Below are positions 1 through 9,708 of a DNA stretch of 64,000 nucleotides, piece by piece. Below the pieces are notes generated by a model. The model had not been told where the DNA came from, ran no database searches, and saw only the letters and a program-made list of their open reading frames with translations. Each line of letters begins with the position of its first letter. Within the stretch, counting starts at the first letter, position 1. The stretch is from a bacterium (lineage in GTDB: Bacteria > RBG-13-61-14 > DATKZS01): positions 1 through 64,000 of the forward strand of contig CAXXFL010000003.1 of assembly GCA_963674965.2 (NCBI GenBank), read 5' to 3'. A program made the translations under genes and the position numbers.

Positions 1-97
1 GGGCTGACAGATAGGACTTGATGGCCTTGTCCGCCTGTCCCCTCCTCAGGAAGTTCTGCGCCTTATTGATATGTTTGTCTTTATCTTTTTTGGCCAT
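1..97 (-). CDS. N-terminus of a probable TPR-repeat protein (runs off the window edge)
   Basis: Reverse strand from ATG at 97 reads MAKKDKDKHINKAQNFLRRGQADKAIKSYLSA, a TPR-like helix pattern. An upstream TTGACG-17bp-TAATCT promoter-like site lies at 168-140. Confidence 0.55.
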   Translation of the reverse strand, partial: MAKKDKDKHINKAQNFLRRGQADKAIKSYLSA

Positions 98-340
98 TCT
101 TTACACTAACCCGAAAATCGTCGTCAAAGAAACAAGTAAAGATTAGCGTGACCGGACGTCCTCGTCAATAAGACGCCCCATTGAAAACGCCAAGCCCTCT
201 CCCGGTGTTTTTGATGAAAGGTTACCCGCCAAAGATTCAAAAAAGTGAAATCTTTATATGAGTCGCGCCGGGACCTTGCCTCTATCTCGCCTGAGAATGA
301 TTATAATCCAACCTCAATCGCCATGCAAATTGAATTAATC

Positions 341-2212
341 TTATTTTAATGTTCCCTCCGCCGAGTCTTTCATATCCCGCTCCGAGTCAGGGAAAACGTC
401 ATTTTCATCCAGACGGTACACGAAAATTGTGTGGGCCAGGACGGCTTCGGGCTTCCTTTTCCTGAAAAAGTCATAACAACCGGCGTCGTCTTCCAAAAGG
501 GGCCTTGCCAGCTTTACCGCGTGGAAAGCATACCACCCTGGTTTCAAGTCGGAGCAATCGACGGGCTCGCTCGATATGCCGTAGCGCCCGGGAGACGAGT
601 TGCCATAAGGATCGTAATGGATGGTTTTAATTTTTTTCCGAGCCTGAAAACGAGCCAGCGCCGGCATGTCCTGGCCCCAGTCCTCGCCCACGACCGAATA
701 TTTCAGGCCCCCGTCAGGCCCTCCCACGAGGGAGTTGAAATAAACAAGGTAGTCGGGAAAGGCCGATAGTGACGCGGCCGCGTATAGAGCAAGAAGTCCG
801 AGCGTCGAATATCTCCATATTTTTCCCTTATTTCCGTTTTGGAATAACCCGCCCGTCCATACGAAAATAAAAGGATAAATGGGAAGAACGTGACGGATGC
901 CGATGTTCTTTTGATTGAAAAACATGAAAAAGAAAAGATATCCCGCTCCCATGACCAGAAAAACCATCGGTAATGTCCGCCATGATCCGAGCCTCGTTTT
1001 GGCCCTTGAAATCACCGAGATAAGGATGAGCGGCAAAAATGGCAAGGGCTCCTTCATGAGGAAAAGCACAGGATAGTAATACCACCAGCCGCTACTCGAA
1101 GTGTGCCCCATGAAATAAAGCTCATGATAGTGGGATGAGGTGTCGAGCAGCGTTCTTGCCAGGCCAAAGTAATAAGTGCGGGGCGGGATGGGAACGGCCC
1201 GCATCAGCCGGCAAAGTCCGGTTTTAAGATAAAGGCCGAAGCCAACAAGACTCGCCTCGCCCGGCTCGGGGATTTCGTGAATGGAATCGATCTCGAACCC
1301 GTAACCGGCCCAGATAATAAAAGCCCCCATCACCAGTATCATTATCCACGCGAAAAACCCGGTCCTAAACTCCTTCTTGCCGGGATTGGTCTCGAAAAAG
1401 GACCTCAGCGCGGCGGACGGCCTTTCCCGGGTACAAAGTATCATTACCGCGGGAATCATCGGTATCAGGATAATCGAGCTGTACTTGGCAAGCTGAGCCA
1501 GGCCAAAGGACAGCCCCGCCAATAAAAGAGATTTCCAGTCTCCTCTTTCCATCAGGCGGCAAAGGGCCAGCGCGAAGATGAAAGTGAACAGCGCGCATCC
1601 AAGGTCGGTCGTCGCCAGTCTGGCGTGCGCTATAACCGCGGGGGAAAAAGAGTATAACGCCAACGAGGCCAGCGCGCCCCGGCCGCCGTATAGGCTTCGC
1701 GAGGCTAAAAATACCAGAAAACCCAGGACGACGCTCATAATCATAACGGGTATTCTGCAAAGTAAAATGATTTTTAAAGGGTCCTCGTTTCCCTCCCATC
1801 CCCGTATCTTGCCGGTCCAGAGCAGGGCCTGATGAAAGCGGAACTTGCGCAGGGCGGGATCGTAATCCCCCGAAAGCCAGACCGGGTCCCGGAAGGGAAC
1901 CTTGAGGTCGTCAAGGGCGAGCAAGGGCAGGGCGCAAATGAGGTTTATGAGGGGAGGATGGGCCACGCTCATCCTGAAGTCTCGGGAAAAAGCGCCTCTA
2001 ATTCCGCCGGTCCTGGCCTCGGGTGGAAGTCTCGCGTCGCTGGAGAAAAGGGCCGAGACTCCCCTCGCTATGTGGTAGGGCTCGTCGGAAGTGGCCGATT
2101 TTTGGAGGGCCGAGAAATAAAGGACCAGGAAATGGACCGACAATAAAATTATCGCCGCCGTCCAGGTCATCCAATTCTTCGTCTTTTTTCCGGCGTTTTC
2201 CTTCTCGTCCAT
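341..2212 (-). CDS. GT-C fold membrane glycosyltransferase (ArnT/PMT-like, family 39/83)
   Basis: TSDEPYH and HPPL motifs in the first loop, many TM helices, and a C-terminal 'DWGQD' segment. Start codon uncertain. Confidence 0.8.
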   Translation of the reverse strand: MDEKENAGKKTKNWMTWTAAIILLSVHFLVLYFSALQKSATSDEPYHIARGVSALFSSDARLPPEARTGGIRGAFSRDFRMSVAHPPLINLICALPLLALDDLKVPFRDPVWLSGDYDPALRKFRFHQALLWTGKIRGWEGNEDPLKIILLCRIPVMIMSVVLGFLVFLASRSLYGGRGALASLALYSFSPAVIAHARLATTDLGCALFTFIFALALCRLMERGDWKSLLLAGLSFGLAQLAKYSSIILIPMIPAVMILCTRERPSAALRSFFETNPGKKEFRTGFFAWIMILVMGAFIIWAGYGFEIDSIHEIPEPGEASLVGFGLYLKTGLCRLMRAVPIPPRTYYFGLARTLLDTSSHYHELYFMGHTSSSGWWYYYPVLFLMKEPLPFLPLILISVISRAKTRLGSWRTLPMVFLVMGAGYLFFFMFFNQKNIGIRHVLPIYPFIFVWTGGLFQNGNKGKIWRYSTLGLLALYAAASLSAFPDYLVYFNSLVGGPDGGLKYSVVGEDWGQDMPALARFQARKKIKTIHYDPYGNSSPGRYGISSEPVDCSDLKPGWYAFHAVKLARPLLEDDAGCYDFFRKRKPEAVLAHTIFVYRLDENDVFPDSERDMKDSAEGTLK

Positions 2213-2465
2213 CGAGGTCATCAAGAACAATCTCATCACAACTATCTGGCTCTGGCAAACGGGCCGGGCGCCCGTATGCAATAACTAAACTCAGCGGGCT
2301 TGACCGGACCCGGGATAGGCTCGATAATACAGTCTATTGACCGGCCAACGCCGGAACTTAGGAGACGGATGCCGCTTGACCTTGTCCGAACCAGTCCAGG
2401 CGCTTGCTCGCGAGTACTTTTCATCACTTGATCTTAAGGCCGACCCCACTCCATACCGGGAGGGG

Positions 2466-4385
2466 ATGAGGTCCGATTCGCGTCTGCCCGCCATTTACTC
2501 TCCCGCGGCCGCTTATGACGCGGGGGGCGAAAAGCACGTGCTTTTCATGGCCGGCGAATACGACAAGGACGACGCTCGCCTTTTATCGGTCATCGCCAAA
2601 TACAAGGCCCGCGTCGCCCCGGTTTGCCGGGCCGTTTTTCTTAACGTCGATAAGGCGGGGGCGCCGGTCGTCTGGCTGGGCCAGGCCAATCTGGGGGCGG
2701 CCCTGGTTGCGGCCGTGTACGACGTGAGTCTCGAGCATTCGGCCAGTCCCGCCGGTTTGGCCGCGGCCCTTTTGGGTTCTCTTAAAACTCTTCTGGGGCT
2801 CTCGCCGGCGAGGATGGGCGAGGGTCTTGCCCAGATAGACGGCGTGCTCTCGAGTCACCTTCTGCCCATCTGGAACCTTTCCGAGTCGGGCCGGGACCTT
2901 ATACGGCCTTTTTGCCGGGCCCTCAACCATCTTTTAAGGCGGGCCCTTGACGACGCGCTTCCGCCCCAGGAGGAAATATCGTCGGAGCCGCTCTTGTCGG
3001 AACGCGTGCGCCTTTGGAAGAACGGGGGACTCTGGTACCGGTTCCAGAGCCTTGAATACGTGGAGTCCATGTTCAGGCGTCGCGAGGCCGGGCTTTACGA
3101 GGTTTACAAGGGCCTTTACGCTCTCAACCAGGACCCGGACGCCAAGGTTGACCGGGTAAGGCTCAGGGTCCTGACCGAGCCGGCCGCCTCGGACAAGCCC
3201 GACGCCGTTCCCTTTGCCGCGGGCGGGGCGGGCTGCTCCAGCCTGAGGGGAGAGTTTCTTTTCGCCCGGCGCACCATCATCGAGCAGCACGGGGCCTCCG
3301 CGCCCGACCTGGTCTGGGCCGTGGCCGAGTGCCCCGTTTGCCGCAGCCGCAGCAAGTTCAGAAAAGACGCGTCGCCTCTTACCATTCACCGCGTGTCCGC
3401 CTCCATGGAAAGGGTCAAGCAGATGCTGGTGGGCGGCAAGAAAATGGCCACTTTCCATTGTACGACCTGCGGGCAGCCGCTCGGCTTCGACCATCTGGTG
3501 CTGGCGGCTTATGGGCATTATCTTGCCGATCGGGACATGGACCTCCATTTCCTTAATGAGAAGCGCCCGGGAAGGAGGAGGACTTTCATCCAGACCATGG
3601 CCGGGAACAAGGTCGACTGCAGGTCACTGCCGGTAACGGACAAAGCCGTGGCCGAGGTCGTGGGAAGACCGCTTTCGGCGGTGGGACCATGGATAGAGCT
3701 GATTAAGAAGACCGATACCAGGCCGGAGTATCTGGAATTCGCCCCCGGCTTTTTCGGACTCTGCCTTCCTCCCGCCGATCCCATGAAATCCAATATGCAA
3801 ATCGGCAAATTCCAGGACTATTTGGCCGCCAAGAGGCCCGGATACTGGGCGGTCTCGATCGACCTGGACCTGGCCGGCAAGAGAAAGCTTGAAAAGGCGA
3901 CGTCTTATCCCGCGTGGCTCGGTCCACTGGCGAACAAAACCTCGTTGGAGTCGGGATATCGCGTGGTCGGTTTCGTGGACATGGACCTGATTGAGGAGCT
4001 TTTCGTGAAAGCGGCGAAGAAACAAGGACTTGACCTTAAAAGGGCCCTTGACGGGTCCATGGAGGTCAGGGGCGCCGACCTCACCCTGCCGGTCGATCTG
4101 AAAAGGCCGGTGGAGGAAGCGCTGCTTCTCGGCCATTTCCCCGGGGCCTTCGCGGTAAGAGAGGCGGGAAGACAGGCAAGGAAGGTCTTTGCCGCCGAAA
4201 AAGTCATTGGCTCCATTCGCGAGTATCTGGGCCGCGATTACATGGTCCGCTATAACCCGACCACTAACGAGGTCGTGGTGGAAGGCTCAGGCTTGCCCGT
4301 GGGTTTTCCTCTTGACGAGCTTTTGGAGAGCTGGTCGGTCGACTCCAAAAAAACCCGGCAGTCTATAATTGCCAAAGTCGGGTGA
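2466..4385 (+). CDS. Hypothetical protein with two CxxC pairs (putative Zn ribbon)
   Basis: Long ORF with CPVC and CTTC motifs. ATG at 2466 follows GGAGGGG. Confidence 0.7.
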   Translation: MRSDSRLPAIYSPAAAYDAGGEKHVLFMAGEYDKDDARLLSVIAKYKARVAPVCRAVFLNVDKAGAPVVWLGQANLGAALVAAVYDVSLEHSASPAGLAAALLGSLKTLLGLSPARMGEGLAQIDGVLSSHLLPIWNLSESGRDLIRPFCRALNHLLRRALDDALPPQEEISSEPLLSERVRLWKNGGLWYRFQSLEYVESMFRRREAGLYEVYKGLYALNQDPDAKVDRVRLRVLTEPAASDKPDAVPFAAGGAGCSSLRGEFLFARRTIIEQHGASAPDLVWAVAECPVCRSRSKFRKDASPLTIHRVSASMERVKQMLVGGKKMATFHCTTCGQPLGFDHLVLAAYGHYLADRDMDLHFLNEKRPGRRRTFIQTMAGNKVDCRSLPVTDKAVAEVVGRPLSAVGPWIELIKKTDTRPEYLEFAPGFFGLCLPPADPMKSNMQIGKFQDYLAAKRPGYWAVSIDLDLAGKRKLEKATSYPAWLGPLANKTSLESGYRVVGFVDMDLIEELFVKAAKKQGLDLKRALDGSMEVRGADLTLPVDLKRPVEEALLLGHFPGAFAVREAGRQARKVFAAEKVIGSIREYLGRDYMVRYNPTTNEVVVEGSGLPVGFPLDELLESWSVDSKKTRQSIIAKVG

Positions 4386-4483
4386 AAGCGATTTGTTTTT
4401 ATTGAAAAAAGTGCAATTTGGCTACGGCGAACAATCGCTCCTTTTTTGGTTTTTTCATTTTTGCCAAGTAATTGAGGCGCGTA

Positions 4484-4512
4484 TTGACAACGGGCAAAGC
4501 CGTTGTTACCTT
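4484..4512 (+). promoter_or_regulatory. Sigma70-type promoter upstream of slyD with an overlapping inverted repeat
   Basis: TTGACA-17bp-TACCTT with a TG extension; palindrome ACAACGG-N6-CCGTTGT spans the spacer. Confidence 0.55.
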
Positions 4513-4698
4513 TATTTATAAGGTCATGGGAACGCCGCTCATGGGTATCGCGGACTTTTGATAAAGATTGAAGTGGCGGCCGATCATCTCATCTGGTCAT
4601 CGATTCCGGGCGATATAAGGATTGATACGGGATGGGGCTATAAAAGCTCGCGCCGATGCCGCGCCGTCGCCGGGTTTAATACGAAAAAGGAGAACTAA

Positions 4699-5256
4699 AT
4701 GATTATTGAAGAGAATTGCAGAGTTATGATGCATTACACGGTCAGTCTACCAGAAGGCGACGTGCTCGAAAGCTCGGAGGGCGAGGCGCCCCTCGAGGTG
4801 GTATACGGCTCGGGCGGAATCATCCCCGGCCTCGAGCGCGAGCTCGGCGGCATGGCCCCAGGCGACGAGAAGCAGGTGGTGGTCGAACCGGGCGACGCCT
4901 ATGGGGAGAGGAACGACGAGGCCGTCGTGACCGTTCCCCGCGACTCTTTCCCCCAGGACCAGCCCCTCGAGCCGGGCATGATGTTCCACATGCGCCGCCA
5001 GGACGGGACCATACAATACGCGACCATTTTGGAGGACCTGGGCGAGGAACTGAAAATGGATTTCAACCATCCCCTGGCCGGCAAGACTTTGCACTTCAAG
5101 GTCAAGATCGTGGACGTGCTCGAGCCCTCGGCCGGGTGCGGCTGCGGCTGCGGAGGAGGGGCCGGCCACGGACATGGCGGGCACGGACATGGCGATGGAT
5201 GCGGCGGACATGGCGGCGGCGGCGGATGCGGCTCTCCCGGAAGCTGCTGCGGCTAA
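4699..5256 (+). CDS. slyD: FKBP-type peptidyl-prolyl isomerase SlyD with His/Cys/Gly-rich tail
   Basis: IIPGLE, DAYG and DFNHPLAGKTLHF motifs; metal-binding C-terminal tail; RBS AAGGAG. Confidence 0.95.
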   Translation: MIIEENCRVMMHYTVSLPEGDVLESSEGEAPLEVVYGSGGIIPGLERELGGMAPGDEKQVVVEPGDAYGERNDEAVVTVPRDSFPQDQPLEPGMMFHMRRQDGTIQYATILEDLGEELKMDFNHPLAGKTLHFKVKIVDVLEPSAGCGCGCGGGAGHGHGGHGHGDGCGGHGGGGGCGSPGSCCG

Positions 5257-5277
5257 TGCCAATACCTGGATGATTCT

Positions 5278-5310
5278 GAAAAGGCCGGGACCTCCCGGCT
5301 TTTTCTTTTC
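5278..5310 (+). terminator. Rho-independent terminator of slyD
   Basis: GCCGGGA-CC-TCCCGGC stem followed by a T tract. Confidence 0.75.
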
Positions 5311-5463
5311 CACCAAGCGATCGGGATTGGTGGCCGATCGGTTTTTTCGAGTTTGTGTCGCCCCGGATGGGAACAAAACCTATCGCGCTAAATAAAATGT
5401 CTTTTCACACTCTTGTCCAAAATGGATATTTCAGGTTATTTTGGACAGTAGTGGTCTTTTCAT

Positions 5464-5646
5464 GAGCTTCGTGCAGAAGTCATTTTCTTGGCGGCATAGC
5501 CGCTTTGGAGCGCGGTCGCTTGAGACCGCTTTAGATGGCCTTGGCTTGACAAGGCCTAATACAACGGCTTGCCTCGCGTCAAGCCGCTCGGAAGAAAAAC
5601 GGCGTCGAGCCGCCGCACTCCAAAACGGGACTTTTGCACGAGGCTT
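5464..5646. mobile_element. MITE/REPIN-like miniature element, copy 1
   Basis: Ends GAGCTTCGTGCAGAAGTC / GACTTTTGCACGAGGCTT form imperfect TIRs. Near-identical copies lie at 29673 and 61629. Confidence 0.85.
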
Positions 5647-5695
5647 TTCATTGAGCGCGAAAGTCCGCGGGCTGGATTAATATCCGGTTTTCTTC

Positions 5696-7366
5696 TCAGA
5701 ACTCGACCACCACGGGCACGATGACGGGGAAACGCTTCAAGTATTTCTTGACGTACCTTTTCAGGGAGATAAGGATTTCCTTTTCCAGCCGGTCCTTGTC
5801 CAGGCGGGCTTCCCTGGGCAGGGCCATCAGTTCCATCTCGACCCGTCTCGCCGCGGAGTCGAGGATACTTTTATCCTCGTCCTCGAAGAGCAGGCCCTTG
5901 CTTCTGAACTCGAGGCGGCCGGCCAGCTCGCCGTCCTCCATGTCCACCGTGGCCACCACCACGAGCACGCCGTTGTTACCCAGGCGCCTGCGCTCGGCCA
6001 GGACCTCGTCTCCCGAGTCGGCCACGTACCTGCCGTCCACCACTTGCTTGCCCGCGTCGATCCGGCCCATCTTTTCGCCGCCGACCTTGTTGAACAGTAT
6101 GAGGTCCCCATCCTCGGCCAGTAGCACCCTCTCGGAGGGAATGCCCATTTTTACGGCCAGCTCGGCGTGCTTGACCAGGTGTCTGTACTCCCCGTGCACG
6201 GGGATGAAATACTCGGGCCTGGTCAGGGCGATCATGAGCTTTAGCTCCTCCTGGCTGGCGTGGCCCGAGACGTGGATGTCGCTGACCTTCTCGTAAATGA
6301 CCTTGGCGCCCCTTCTGTAGAACTCGTTAATGAGTCCGCCGATGGCTCTTTCGTTTCCGGGGATAAAGCGGGAGGACAGGACGACCGTGTCTCCCTTCAT
6401 TATCCTTATCTGCCTGTGCTCGTCCCGGGCCATTCTTGCCAGCCCGGACAGGGGTTCCCCCTGGGTGCCGGTTGTAAGGAGGACGACCTTCTCGGGAGGA
6501 AGTTTTCCCACCTGGAAGGGATCGACCATCACCCCTTTCTTGACGTCCAGGTAACCCAGCTCGACGCCGATCTTGGTGTTGGCCTCCATGCTTCTTCCCA
6601 GCACGGCGACCTTGCGGCCGAACTTGCCCGCCACGTCGATGACCTGCTGTATGCGGTGGATGTTCGAGGCGAAGGTCGCCAGGATCAGCCTTCCCTTGGC
6701 CTCGGCGAAGACCTCGTTGAGGGCCTTGCCCACCTCGCGCTCGGAAAGGGTGTATCCCTCCTTTTCCACGTTGGTCGAGTCGGACATGAGGGCCAGCACC
6801 CCCTCCTCCCCCAGGCGGGCGAAGGCGGCCAGGTCCACCCTTTTGCCGTCGATGGGGTAGGGATCGAGCTTGAAGTCGCCCGTGTGCACCAGCGTGCCGA
6901 GCCGCGTCTTCACGGCCAGGGCCACGCAGTCGGCGATCGAGTGGCTCACGCGGATGAACTCGACGTTGAAGGGGCCCACGTCGATCACGTCGCCGGCGTT
7001 GACCGGCTCGAGGGGCACGGCGTTCTCCAGGGAATACTCCGCCAGCTTCTCCCTTACCATGCCGATGGTAAGGGGAGTGGCGTAAATCGGGGCCGAGACG
7101 AGGGGAATGAAAAAGGGCAAGGCGCCGATATGGTCTTCATGCCCGTGGGTCAGCACGATCCCCTTGACGTCGTCCTTTTTATCGAGGAGGTAAGTGAAGT
7201 CGGGGATGACGTAATCGACGCCCGGCAACTGGTCTCCGGGAAACATGAGTCCGCAGTCCACGACCAGGGACCCGCCATCCATCTCGAGGACCATCATGTT
7301 AAGGCCGATCTCGCCCAGTCCCCCGAGCGGAACGATCCGCAATTCGTTAAGCTCCAGCTCTCTCAT
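5696..7366 (-). CDS. rnj: Ribonuclease J
   Basis: PLGGLGEIGLNM, THGHEDHIGA, HTGDFK, SDSTN and HVSGHA motifs. Confidence 0.97.
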   Translation of the reverse strand: MRELELNELRIVPLGGLGEIGLNMMVLEMDGGSLVVDCGLMFPGDQLPGVDYVIPDFTYLLDKKDDVKGIVLTHGHEDHIGALPFFIPLVSAPIYATPLTIGMVREKLAEYSLENAVPLEPVNAGDVIDVGPFNVEFIRVSHSIADCVALAVKTRLGTLVHTGDFKLDPYPIDGKRVDLAAFARLGEEGVLALMSDSTNVEKEGYTLSEREVGKALNEVFAEAKGRLILATFASNIHRIQQVIDVAGKFGRKVAVLGRSMEANTKIGVELGYLDVKKGVMVDPFQVGKLPPEKVVLLTTGTQGEPLSGLARMARDEHRQIRIMKGDTVVLSSRFIPGNERAIGGLINEFYRRGAKVIYEKVSDIHVSGHASQEELKLMIALTRPEYFIPVHGEYRHLVKHAELAVKMGIPSERVLLAEDGDLILFNKVGGEKMGRIDAGKQVVDGRYVADSGDEVLAERRRLGNNGVLVVVATVDMEDGELAGRLEFRSKGLLFEDEDKSILDSAARRVEMELMALPREARLDKDRLEKEILISLKRYVKKYLKRFPVIVPVVVEF

Positions 7367-7492
7367 GTTGGAATCTCATATAACGCTATCGTCGCGCCGC
7401 GCTAGAGGCGAGCCTGGCCGGGGTCGTCCGGAACGGTCCGCCGCGGGCCGTCCGGGGGGAATGGTTTTCGCCGGAGAAAAAAGGAATACTCT

Positions 7493-7885
7493 TCAGGACT
7501 CCCGCTCTTCCTCCACGAAGGCCGCGTAGGCCTTGGCGTCCATCAGTTCATCCAACTCCGAGGGATCGGATATCCTGACCTGGACCATCCAGCCGTCGCC
7601 GTAGGGGTCCTCGTTAACCACCTCGGGGGAGTCCTCGAGAGGAGTGTTCGTCTCGATGACCGTGCCCGTGATCGGAGAATAAAGGTCCGCCGTGGCCTTC
7701 ACCGACTCGACCACGCCAAAGGCGGCGTCCTTCTCGATCTCGTCGCCTTCCTCGGGAAGCTCCACGTACACGACGTCGCCAAGCTCCTCGGCCGCGTAAG
7801 CCGTAACCCCGATTACGGCCTCGTCGCCGCTGATCTTTACCCACTCGTGACTTGCGCTATACTTTAAATCGTTTGGAAAATTCAT
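7493..7885 (-). CDS. gcvH: Glycine cleavage system H protein
   Basis: HEWV, LGDVVYVELP, VESVKA (lipoyl-Lys) and NEDPYGDGW motifs. Confidence 0.96.
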   Translation of the reverse strand: MNFPNDLKYSASHEWVKISGDEAVIGVTAYAAEELGDVVYVELPEEGDEIEKDAAFGVVESVKATADLYSPITGTVIETNTPLEDSPEVVNEDPYGDGWMVQVRISDPSELDELMDAKAYAAFVEEERES

Positions 7886-7987
7886 CCCTCCAACCACCGC
7901 CTCCTCGAAATTTTCTTTCATCTCGAAACGAGCGGCGCGAGAAGACACGCGCGAGGCGCCAAACCGCAAACTCCACTCGCTCTGAAA

Positions 7988-8016
7988 AGTTTAAGTACTT
8001 AAAAATTCAATGTCAA
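7988..8016 (-). promoter_or_regulatory. Sigma70-type promoter of gcvH
   Basis: TTGACA-17bp-TAAACT on the minus strand. Confidence 0.55.
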
Positions 8017-8135
8017 GAAAAGACGATTCGCCTAGGCTGGCCGATCGCTCCGTCCGCGTCCCGCGCTCTCGATTCGTAAAATTATATCAAAGTTCGGCCC
8101 ACATATAAATCGTGGCCAAAATATCGGACAAGGGC

Positions 8136-8774
8136 TTATCTGGTAATTTTCCGCGCGGCCGTCAAAAGGTCGTACGATCCGTCCCTGAGGGCGGCCAGGT
8201 TTTGTCTGACCTCGGGGTCCGCGCTCTCCACCAGAACGGACCCGGCGTGGCTTTCAAGGCCCTCGAGGAACCTGATGGTCGCCGGACCGGCGAAGGCCAG
8301 CCAGAGCGTGACCATTACCGAGGACCAGGAAAGAGGAAGCAGTATCCAATACTTGAGGCGCCGGCCCTTTTCAACGACGTCCTTGGCCAGGAAAAACCCA
8401 AACAGAAACAGAAGCGTCAACAGGACGGCGCCCACGAGGCTAATAATCAGTCTCGACTTGAAAAGATGCGCCATGATGATCCCCGCGGGGCTTTTTACGC
8501 GGTCCGGTCCCAGGTAATCCTCCGAGAAGATCGAGGGACCCTCGTCTTCCCCGCTCGAGGAAAAGGACACTTTGGACAGGGTCCCCTCCACTTCTTCAAC
8601 CTGGTCCCGGTACTCGGGTGGAACGTCCGCCAGGCGCCGGACCACGTGGACCGAGCCTTGCTTGTCCTTGTACTTGTATATCTGGGCCCGGGAAAAAGAT
8701 GGAAGAAAAAAAACAAAGAGCATGGCGGCCGCCAAGGCAACGGTCCCGGCAAGTCGGCTGATTTTAACGTCCAT
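8136..8774 (-). CDS. DUF4124-like secreted/membrane protein
   Basis: Signal peptide followed by AQIYKYKDKQGSVH..VPPEYR, then two TM segments. Confidence 0.7.
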   Translation of the reverse strand: MDVKISRLAGTVALAAAMLFVFFLPSFSRAQIYKYKDKQGSVHVVRRLADVPPEYRDQVEEVEGTLSKVSFSSSGEDEGPSIFSEDYLGPDRVKSPAGIIMAHLFKSRLIISLVGAVLLTLLFLFGFFLAKDVVEKGRRLKYWILLPLSWSSVMVTLWLAFAGPATIRFLEGLESHAGSVLVESADPEVRQNLAALRDGSYDLLTAARKITR

Positions 8775-8784
8775 GTTCGCCCTC

Positions 8785-9600
8785 CTAAAGCAGGTCCTCC
8801 ACGAACTCCAGCTCGGGAACGTCCTCGATGAGGCCAATTTCCACGCAGTCATCATAGAAGTAGTTGAGTCCCTCGAAGTGAGACTCGTCCAGGTTATACT
8901 CGATGCGTTTCCAAAGCTGCGTCATCATGGGCTTCTTGATCCAGTCGTAGCCGTCAAGCAGAACGGCCAGCCGGCTCCAGTCCCCGCTCGAGACCGAAAG
9001 GGCCTGCTTGAGAAGGTTCCGGAAACGAACGATCTGGTCCTTCTTCCGGTTGAAGGCCTCCCGCCTGACCACCCAGAGCAGGTAGGCCATGCTCCTGCCC
9101 GTGTAATGCTTCCAAAGGTTGCCCACGTCGTAAACGTAGGCGTAGCGGTCGAGCACCCGCTCGCGCAGGGCCGCGTCCCCCGAGAGCAGGAAAGCGTCGG
9201 CGCTTCCCCACCCGTTGATGAAGTTGTTCTGGTACTGGAGGTATCTTTCCAGGATGATATGCAAAAGGGCCGAGGCGGGAGAGGCCCCCTCTTGTATGGA
9301 AATGGTCATCTCCTCCATGTCGTCCAGCAGTATGTCCGAGAACAGGAGCATGTCCGACACGTGACGCTTGGCCGAGTAACCGAAGTCCCTGAACACCAGG
9401 AAGTCAACGGGCGCCGAGGTGACGGCGAGGGGAGAGGCCAAGGCCACGTCTACCTCGCCCTGGTCCAGGGCCAGGTCCACGTCCTCGTTGGACCCGGGCA
9501 GGAAAATCCAGTTGGGTTCGCTGAAAATGTTTTTAAGCGGAAAAAAATAAGGTTTGGCGCCCAGCGAGGCGTATTCTCCTATCCGTAAATCCTTGTTCAT
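8785..9600 (-). CDS. mqnA: MqnA/MqnD-family (chorismate dehydratase-like) protein, divergent
   Basis: GEVDVAL, LLSGDAAL, YDVGNLWKHYTG, LWVVR and EGLNYF segments are typical of the MqnA family. Confidence 0.7.
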   Translation of the reverse strand: MNKDLRIGEYASLGAKPYFFPLKNIFSEPNWIFLPGSNEDVDLALDQGEVDVALASPLAVTSAPVDFLVFRDFGYSAKRHVSDMLLFSDILLDDMEEMTISIQEGASPASALLHIILERYLQYQNNFINGWGSADAFLLSGDAALRERVLDRYAYVYDVGNLWKHYTGRSMAYLLWVVRREAFNRKKDQIVRFRNLLKQALSVSSGDWSRLAVLLDGYDWIKKPMMTQLWKRIEYNLDESHFEGLNYFYDDCVEIGLIEDVPELEFVEDLL

Positions 9601-9708
9601 GCTGGAATTGGTTCCTTCTCCCTTGTTGATACTAAACTAAACTCCAAAAACCCAAAGAGCAAATAAGCCCGGCCGGTGAAGACTCGCGCGGGCCGATTTC
9701 CGATCGAT

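Noticed and set aside
5441-5680. Similar small ORFs at 5441, 29668 and 61627
   Set aside because: They are translations of the repeated palindromic element with different starts, ends and indels.
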